Assembly: GCA_012295275.1 (NCBI GenBank)
Contig: CM022670.1
Span: 31,992,001 to 32,056,000, forward strand
Length of the DNA: 64,000 nucleotides
Reading direction: 5' to 3'
Origin: Chrysomallon squamiferum
Taxonomy: Eukaryota; Animalia; Mollusca
Below the pieces are notes generated by a model. That model ran no database searches, had not been told where the DNA came from, and saw nothing but the letters and a program-made list of their open reading frames with translations. This document shows positions 55,278 through 64,000 of the stretch, piece after piece. A program made the translations under genes and the position numbers. Every line of letters begins with the position of its first letter. Position 1 is the first letter of the stretch.

Positions 55278-55390
55278 TGTGCCGCACGCGCTATTGTGAC
55301 GTCACCGGCAGGTGTTTGAGAAGATTGTTTCAATCACTTAAGCCACGCGACCATCTGCAGCTGCCGTGATCATCAGCCAATCAGATTTCA
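55278..55390. promoter_or_regulatory. Candidate SoxC upstream enhancer B
   Basis: CACGCG at 55285 and 55344, TGACGTCA 55297, GCAGGTGT 55308, CCATCTG 55351, GCAGCTGC 55357, AGCCAATCAG 55375. Confidence 0.6.
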
Positions 55391-55839
55391 GCTATACCAA
55401 ATATGGAATAATTCTTTCTTCCCCCCCCCTTCCATCCCGTCATTATCTCCGAGGCATATAGTATATTTCTTCACAGCCTTTGATATGACATATCTCCAAA
55501 GTTCAATACACCCAAAATGGCGTTAAATGTATTGAATGCAACATATCTATTTACTTTGCTTTTGTTAAGCAGCCTTCACTTACTGCTAAGTTCAGAATAG
55601 GTCCACGGGTTTTCTAAGAGATGAACGCGACCATGAAGAGTCGCTAGGGACAAAACGATGAGTTTTCTGTCTCGATTAATACTATTACTTTAGTTATATT
55701 GTAAGTTAAAAAAGGGAGGGGAAGAAAAAGAAAAGAAAAGAAAAAAAGAAATTGACGAAGAAAAGAAAAATGGTTAAAAAAAAAATAATAATAAATCCTA
55801 ATATTAATAATTTTTTTATTATTATTATTTTTTTATAAT

Positions 55840-55960
55840 ATATGCGCGTGGCTTTAAATACTTCTGTTTTCGCAAGACGCATGATTTCAGCCAATCGGTG
55901 GTCGTCATACAAACCTCGTTAAACCAGCGGACGCGCGTGCCGCCACGCGCCACACCCGTT
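55840..55960. promoter_or_regulatory. Candidate SoxC upstream enhancer C
   Basis: Three CACGCG/CGCGTG sites (55845, 55934, 55944) and AGCCAATC 55889 in an otherwise AT-rich tract. Confidence 0.55.
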
Positions 55961-56989
55961 TTACATTTTCACTATCGATTTTTGTCCTTTCAAAGAAAAA
56001 AAGGAAAAAATTGAGAGGAAAAAAGACTGAAATAAAAAAGAAAAAGAAATTTATAATAAAAATTTAAATGGCTGTTAGAAATCTAGAATTTATACTAGGT
56101 GCACCTGTACCAATTAATGACCTCCAATGGAAATTAATTATCATTTCAAACATTTTTTTATTTATTGCTATTTAAATGTCAGTCATTTTGAAAATTATAA
56201 TATTTATTTTGTTGCCCGTATCATGATGTTTTATTATCTTCATCATTTATGTATATATGAGGGGATGGGGTACATAGGCTTCGGGTTTAGGGTGTGCGTG
56301 TGTGTGACTTGTAAATTATTGTAAAACCGAGTTCAAAAATGGTTACATTCAATAATTAAGAAAAGTCTGAACAGTACAAATTAACAGTAAATTATAAAGC
56401 GTTTACTGATTTTTATTTATTTATTTGTTATCATAAGTTATATGATCAAGCCCCTTAAACAAATAAAAGCTTATAAAATGTCAAAAACATAAATATTCTC
56501 CTTTCTCTCTCTCTTTTTTTTTTTTTTTTTTTTTTTCATTTCTTATCACCTTTTATTATATCGTGATCCTTTTTAACATGTTGGAGGAAATTATTAATAA
56601 TAAATAAAAATAATAATAATAATAATGGTAAAATAAAAGCACTAATAATAGTAATAGAAGTAGTTATTGTTATAATAGTAAAAGTGATGGTAGTAGTAAT
56701 GGTAGTACTAGAAGAAGCTGCAGTGGTAGTAGTAGCAGTAGAAGCAGCAGCAGTTATGATTGTAGTAGTAGCAGTAGTCAAAATAATATTAGTACGAAAA
56801 CAAACAAAACAAGAGTACTGTTAAAACACATCAGTAGAGTTCATAATACAATGTTGTAATATCAGATAATTTAGAAATATATGTAAGTATGTGTGTTTGT
56901 GTGCGTGCGTGTGTGTGTGTATATATTCTAATTTGTATTAAATAAATAAATAAATGTGATCATAAATATCATCAACATCGTTGCTATTA

Positions 56990-57028
56990 TCAACATCATC
57001 ATGATCATCATCACCATCATCATTATCA

Positions 57029-57080
<52 letters not shown>
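56990..57080. repeat. (ATC)n/(ATT)n compound repeat
   Basis: Direct observation. Confidence 0.9.
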
Positions 57081-57524
57081 AACAAATGTTAAAAAGACGA
57101 AAAGAAAATAACCAGTTTTAAAGAATACATCGTCGAATGATTTACGAGTTTGTGAAATAATATAGCAGTTAATTGGTATCCTTGTCAAACACACTCACAT
57201 ACATAAAACCCCGTAATAAGAATTATTTTTGAAAACACGCACATCCCTATCAATGGGAGGCATTTTTCTTTTCTTCTCGTGACAGCATATTAAGTTGACT
57301 CTTATGGAAAAGGAAATTGGTTTTGGAAAGATGAAAAGAGTTTCGGGTCTACTTCGCCAGATGTCGCTGTTTTTCTCCAAGCAGAAGACAATACAATACA
57401 TTTTTTAGTCGCGAAAAAACCGTTATCCCCATTGTCAACACTGACATTTACGACATATGACGTTGAACCTGAAAAACCACCTCTGACCTTAATCTCATTT
57501 GAAGCCCCTTCATCCAGGTAGGAA

Positions 57525-57801
57525 ATAAGATCACGTGACCCGCTGGCACGCGCTTGGTAACTACGGCCAACAGATGGCGCGTGGCGGCGTGCCCTTATTC
57601 ACAAATCAAGCCCATTTTTGCTTATCTTACGACAGTAGATTTATCAAGAAATTACCGCTAGTTAAACATTAGTTTGCTTTGGTACTTCGTGTCTGTCGTC
57701 CACGTTTGCACCTGTCGTTAAAAACACTCATTTGTTTGGCTGCTTTTATACAGATGTGCGTGTTGTTAATATTATACCTGGAATTTAAATATGCAAATGA
57801 G
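57525..57801. promoter_or_regulatory. Candidate SoxC upstream enhancer D
   Basis: TCACGTGA 57531, TGGCACGCGC 57544, CAGATG 57571, CGCGTG 57578, CACCTG 57709, octamer ATGCAAAT 57791. Confidence 0.55.
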
Positions 57802-58327
57802 TTTGTAACATGTCATAGCATAAGATAGGATATTTATTTAGTCGTTTTCTTTCTTTCTATTTTTTATTTTTTCTTCCGTTAGAGTAACTATTCACAGAAT
57901 ATATTATCCATATAATGAAATTAAGAAAGAAAGAAAGAAAAGCATAAGATTAGTCTCTGTTATTATCATTATTGTTGTTGTTGTTGTTATTATTATTATT
58001 ATTATTATTATTGTCGAAATGATAAATATAAAAGGCTACATTTAATCTGATTGTAGATTAGTTTAGAATTAAGGCCCGATGCGCGACGAATCGAAGGATC
58101 AGTCCTCATCGGCAGATCTTGTACCAAGATAAATATACAAGATGACTGCTTTACAGAGATCGAATTTCATAATGTCTTCATTTTATATGTAGAAATAAAT
58201 TAAAAAATTAAAAATTTAATTAAAAATTTAATTAAAAACTCCCCCCAAAACAAATATACCTTATTTATAAAAAACGTTTTACATATTTGTGCTATTTAAT
58301 AGTTAAATATACCATAAGGCTATCCGT

Positions 58328-58367
<40 letters not shown>

Positions 58368-59254
58368 ATGATGATGATTAGGATGATGATGATAATGATA
58401 CCAACAGCAATCACGCACAGGTTCGTGATTAATATTAACAGTGAGTCAATAAAATTAACGTACAATAACATTAAAATCTGATACCGAGATTCAGCTCTTT
58501 TGTTATCTGCCAGTCATTTATTTTACTGATATTACCATTCCTTTTCCAACTCTTAACGTAGTACGTTAGAAATCTGGTTTGTATTTTAAGATGTATTACC
58601 TACCTGTTAAGTAAATCCTACTGTATGACTGGAAAAAAATCATACAGGAGGTAAAAAATATATGTGCCGTTTAGTTTAACGATATTTATCAAGGTCTTCT
58701 CGTTTTTTTGAGTGTATTCTGTTTTCTTTGATTTTTATTTTCTTAAAGTATTTTCTTATCTTAATTGTATATTTAGTATAAGAGCATTTTGCTAATAGAT
58801 AGAACAAGAAATATCTGAAGTAGCAGAAGCAATGATACTACTAATTATAATGATGATGATGATAAACAACTACTTTTAAAAGTTGAAGAATTACTGCTAC
58901 TGCTACTACTACTGCTAGCAGTAACTATATATTAAAATAACAGAAGTTCGAGGATGCTGGTATAAATTAAAATGTTTCTGACAAAAGAATGAAATAGGAA
59001 AATAAAAGCGACAAAATTTACGAAGTACAACAATCAGTAATCTTTAAGATAATTATTTCTGTTACCGAGTGTACATGGATTTTCTGTTATTTATTTATAA
59101 ATAATGTATTTATATTCTAATCTATAAATATATACTTGTCTTATTTTTTAAAACCATCAATAAACTAAAATTTAAAGCGAGAAATATTTCGATTCCTTGC
59201 GCATGTGCATTACCAAAACTTGTGTGCGTAGTGGGTCACGTTGGAGTGTCTGAC

Positions 59255-59500
59255 GTTAGGGCGCGTGCCGTAACCTAATCATGCACCAATCGCAGGGAAT
59301 TTTACAATCACAGCACGAGCTGGTGTCATCTTTTGTAAGGAGCACTTTGATGTGGTTTGGCAGGCACGCGGTAGGGCGCCCTATGAACGGTCCCCAGAGT
59401 TGATGAAATTACCCGAGCAACGGCATTTTGTACGTGCATAAATCAGAGGAACACCTGCCCACCTTGACACCAGATCAGAAACACGTATTCACGTGACAAA
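59255..59500. promoter_or_regulatory. Candidate SoxC upstream enhancer E
   Basis: GGCGCGTGCC 59260, CCAAT 59286, N-box CACGAG 59314, CTTTGAT 59345, GGCACGCG 59363, ACACCTGC 59451, TCACGTGA 59489. Confidence 0.55.
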
Positions 59501-59980
59501 CGGCTTGGACATAAGGCTGAACGAAGCTTTACAAACATGTCCTTAATGCGTTTTTGATGTTTTTGATGTGCAGAATGTCTTAGCAGTTAGAAAATAAATT
59601 AGTCCATTATATGAAGATTATTATTATTTTAGACGTGATTTTATCGCTTGTCCACATCACCAGTCAGCTGCAGTTTCAAAATTTTCTCCCAGAACATTTA
59701 TTCGAGATTTTATATTTGATTTGAAATTAGCATAATTTATTAATCGTTTAGAATCCATGACCAGTAGTAGCAGCAGTAACTCTAGCCATTGCAAATAACA
59801 AACAGCTGTAGCACTAGTAATAGTAGCTGTAGCGATAGCCGTATTAGCTGTAGTAGTAACAGTTTTTGTTGCTGTTGTTGTAATCGTAGTGGTAGATGAT
59901 GAACATAATGATGACAAAAAATGATAACTAAATAAAAATTTCGAAATTTTCAACAAATCAAAAATAAATAAAATAAAATG

Positions 59981-60050
59981 TATTTATTTATTTATTTATT
60001 TATTTTATTTTATTTTATTTTATTTTATTTTATTTTATTTTATTTTATTT
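59981..60050. repeat. (TATT)n/(TATTT)n repeat
   Basis: Direct observation. Confidence 0.9.
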
Positions 60051-61399
60051 CTTCTTTTCTTTATTATCATTATTTATTTTATATATAAAACACTATGCCA
60101 AATCACTACAAAAGTTCTTGTACTTTATTATTTTTATCAACTGTTTTTATGAAAATAAAACAAGTCATCAGTGCAAGAAAACAGAGGAAACCACACACCA
60201 AGTGATTCAAGACTTGATTAACCGGTATCAAGATTTAGAAAAAAAAAAAAATGAATTAAAAATTGACGGCAACTATTACCCAGACTCCAAGAAACTACTG
60301 CCGCTTTGTTATTCCCTCCCTTCCGCCCCGCCCCTTGTTGCCTGCAGCCCTGTGACGTAACGATGACACCACTACGCTTTGACCTTGATGCTGTATGACT
60401 CAACTTTGGTTTGCACAGCCAAGCAAGGAATCTGTGTCAGTTTCTGGAAGCATCGTTACGTGGAAAAAATACGAAAATAAGATAGCTTTGTGATTTCAAG
60501 TTTAATGACGTTTTCAAAACTAATTAAGCAGAGATGTGTTTAGTTTAGATTAAGCAAGAGACGACTTTTAATAAGACACGCAATAAGATGGTTGTAACAG
60601 CCTAGTTATTTTATCAGATATTTAAATATTTAATGAGTTTGAGAAAAGCATAAAGACAAAAAGGAAAGGAAAGTTTCTTTACAAAATACTGCTGTACACT
60701 AACGAATAAAGTGTATTTTGAGTCGTGAAACGTTAACTTGGATAAAACGCCAAATCGGTTACCAAACTTAATTCATCTCAAACCATGGTTTTATTTCAAA
60801 TATAATTTATTTAAAAACTTAAAATTGTATACGGAAAAGATTGGCATATATGTTTATCCATTTTCTTTCCACATTTCTCCGTTTTCTTTTTGATTAATAT
60901 TTAATAATAATTTTTACAAATAAATAAAGTCTAACAAAAAAATCAGTCTTCCACACACTCCTATCATCCACACATAAACAAACAAACATACAAAAAAAAA
61001 AAAAAAAACAACAACAATAAAATAAAATAAAATAAAAATTAACATTATGAGAACTTCACGAACAACGTTTTAAATGCCAAAACAGCCGCTGTTCTGACAT
61101 AAAATGGAGAGGTATAAAGCTCGAGAGCGCCAAGAGGTGCAGGCGGCTCGTTTTGTCATGGTAAACCTGGCCTCGCCTCGCCATCTGTCCAACTGGGTTA
61201 ACCATTCCGTGAAGCGTAAAAAGCTATAGATTTTTTTTAAAAACCTACTTGTGTTTCACTGTAAATCCAGAAAAATGGTGAAGAAAAAATAAAAAAAGAA
61301 GAAGAAAGAAAGAAAGAAGAAAAATGAAAAGAAGCAGAGAGAAAAAGAAAATTTCCATATGTAGCCATTATTTTACTTAATTGTTATTTTAATTTTAAC

Positions 61400-61400
<1 letters not shown>

Positions 61401-61483
<83 letters not shown>

Positions 61484-61486
61484 TTA
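61401..61486. repeat. (TTA)n(TTTA)n compound microsatellite
   Basis: Direct observation. Confidence 0.95.
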
Positions 61487-62699
61487 TATGTATTTACATA
61501 CACATATACGTATTTCTTAATTTTTTTTTTTTAGTATTAATGCAAAATGTTTTACGATCAGTTTACCTCTGAAGTTGCAGGAACATTAATGATGTATACA
61601 ATATACCCGCATTTCATTATTATTTTAATTATATAATTACTTCATTATTTAAAAATAAATAATCATTAAGGAAAATCTAAATTGAAAAATCTTCAGTATC
61701 GCCAGCATTAAATAAAAAGCGGCACAAGTCAAACACTTCAAATTGCCAGTAAATTGTTACGCTCCAACAACATTTAAATAAGTAATTATCATTGCCGTAA
61801 TAATGCCTACCGCCAGTTCTGCGGTTTTAAGTCGTAATGTAGGCAAGAACGATGTAGTTTTAAAATCATTAGTTATTAACCCTGTAAAACATTTTGATAG
61901 AATGTTTCCATAACATGAAAAGTGGCTGACGCGCAGACTTTAGGCGTGATGCCATCTATCTCCAGTTCTATGTATTCATCATATAAAAGATTATTGTATG
62001 TGATTCCCTAGATAAGAGAAGATTACATAATGATGAGAAGGAGCTGACTCTTTATAGTCATTGTCGTCAAATAGATATTTTATTCATTACTTCATTCTGC
62101 AATTCAAATGTAATTTTAAGTGTTAGGCTAAGAAAGTACTTTATTTATTTATTTATATCTTTAAGATAACGTACTGAAATATCTGTATTCTAAAATTCTA
62201 GCTTTCCTGACTGAAATAAAAATATCATCTATTATTTCCCAACAGATGTAATATATAATGTTTATTTATTTATTTTCGTAAGCGATGAAAAATGTTGTTA
62301 TCGGATTTACGTTCGCGTGCATTGCTTCAGTAAATATAGCATTTCCTTAAAAGCCAGATATCAAGCATCCTTCGACCATGTCCCAGCACGCTACTTCAGT
62401 AAGGCGAAACGTCTACGTAAATACTTTATTTTTTCCATGTTCCTTGGAAAAGTAATGAAATTTAACCATTTGACTTATTTCATTTAAACGTCACCAATAA
62501 TAATCGCTGTACCCGGTTTTGTTTGTTTGAGCACACCGTGTTGTTGTTCGTGCTGGGGCGTCGTTAAGTTAAATCGACAGACAATAGATAATTTAAAATA
62601 AATTTCGCCGATAAGTAAAATACAATAACGTGTTAAGGTTAATTGGAAAGTACTGTTTGTTTAACGACGACTGAACATGCTGTCTGGCACATTGTTTAG

Positions 62700-63235
62700 T
62701 TATAATTGTGTCTAATATCACACCAGCATACAGTCTAGTTATATGTTTAGAAACCTTTCAGAATAAAACATATAACTATGTTTTATAAGATTTCAGCATT
62801 ATAATTAGTGATATGTCAAACAACATTACAGGACAACTGTCTGGTTGTAAGTCTAAATGCATATCTCAAATGCATTCAGAATATTATTTGGTTACATGTC
62901 TTAAACATTTCAGAGTACGATCTTGTTGTATGTGTAACAATATTTCAGAATAAATATCTATATGTTTAACAACATTATCGCATAACATTTTAATAATATA
63001 ACGAAAAGCTCTTTAATACACTAATTATATGTCTGAAAACGCCTGCACTTTGTTTTGTCCAGTATCTTTCAAACAGATTGTCTTGTTATATGTCTAACAA
63101 CATTTCAGATACTATATCTATTTAAATGTCGAATGATATGTCAGTATACATCAGTCAGTAGTTATCCTGAAAATTATCTTGTTACGTATTAAACGATTAG
63201 AAGATAGAGTCTGTTTAGATATTTAGAAACGATAT
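62700..63235. repeat. Degenerate minisatellite, ~34-36 nt unit
   Basis: Recurring GTTATATGTCTAACAACATTTCAGAATA-like units, e.g. at 62728, 62891, 62925 and 63085. Confidence 0.7.
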
Positions 63236-64000
63236 AACAGATGGTTAATGTATTGTTAGTACTTTGTTGAAAATATACGAAAAATAATTAATAACATATA
63301 CCAAAAATGAATAAAACCTTTATAAAATCCTGTGTCTTTAGAACGACAAGTCAGTTTAATTCAGTTCCAATTAGATATCCTTGACTAAGTCCTTTTTCTA
63401 AATATAATTATAGGAAATGTTTAATTTTTTTTTTTTCTGAGGCAATATTTTGCTATGCCCCCCAGAAAAGTTATGCTTGAACCATGGATTGAAATAAACA
63501 GGGGTCAAATGGTTGACCTTATGTTATAGTATCGCCAACAGCGGCAAGAGCAATGCATCTGCTTTCAACAAGAACCACCAATAAAGTATTAATCATATAA
63601 TTGTGTGCGGTTTAATCCGGGCTCGTTAATCAAATCCACAGTACCACGCTTTTAATGTTGAGAAGCGCGCATCAATTATGCGAGTAATAACCGAAAATAA
63701 AACCTTTTGAAATCTCTAACTATCCGGCTTTGAGCTGTACCATAGGGGTCACACAGCTCTGGACTCGCTGTCCATCTGTCGACCGCTGGGTGGAGGACGA
63801 CGCGGGGTTCAGAGGACTGTTTTATAGGCCGTTAAACTTGCTGATGCAAGACGAAATTCAAAAATTAACATTTCATATATTATTTTCGATCAAAGACTGT
63901 TCGAGAAATCGTTAAAAAGTATCCATTCTAAGTACATTTGAATAATAGAATAACTAACTAAATAAAATAAAATAAAATAAAATTTAATACAAATTTTTTT

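Noticed and set aside
58617-58651. Inverted repeat CTGTATGA...TCATACAG
   Set aside because: An 8-bp stem in AT-rich DNA with no transcript context is within chance expectation for 64 kb.
62700-63235. CRISPR-like array
   Set aside because: Eukaryotic context; units are contiguous and diverged, with no unique spacers and no cas genes.

Overview
AT-rich, microsatellite-laden animal genomic DNA. It is probably from a lophotrochozoan such as a mollusc; this is inferred from the SoxC sequence style and repeat content, not proven. Two protein-coding genes lie on the minus strand. (1) An intronless SoxC (Sox4/11/12 group) HMG-box transcription factor at 48653-49666. (2) The first two coding exons (19518-19628, 10251-10379) of an AMPK-related, HUNK/MARK-like Ser/Thr kinase that continues beyond the window start. 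The rest is non-coding: long introns, an ~28 kb gene desert, degenerate tRNA-derived SINE copies and simple repeats. The most striking unexplained signal is 11 Hairy/E(spl)/Hes 'class C' sites (CACGCG) packed into CpG-rich modules 4-10 kb upstream of SoxC, with proneural E-boxes, octamer, Sox and TCF motifs alongside. Other notable signals are a sharp CpG-poor/CpG-rich boundary at ~19.1 kb, a uORF-dense kinase leader with a possible mini-intron, a hairpin in the SoxC 3' UTR and a candidate non-coding exon. I see no evidence for a novel protein-coding system. All motif counts were made by eye.
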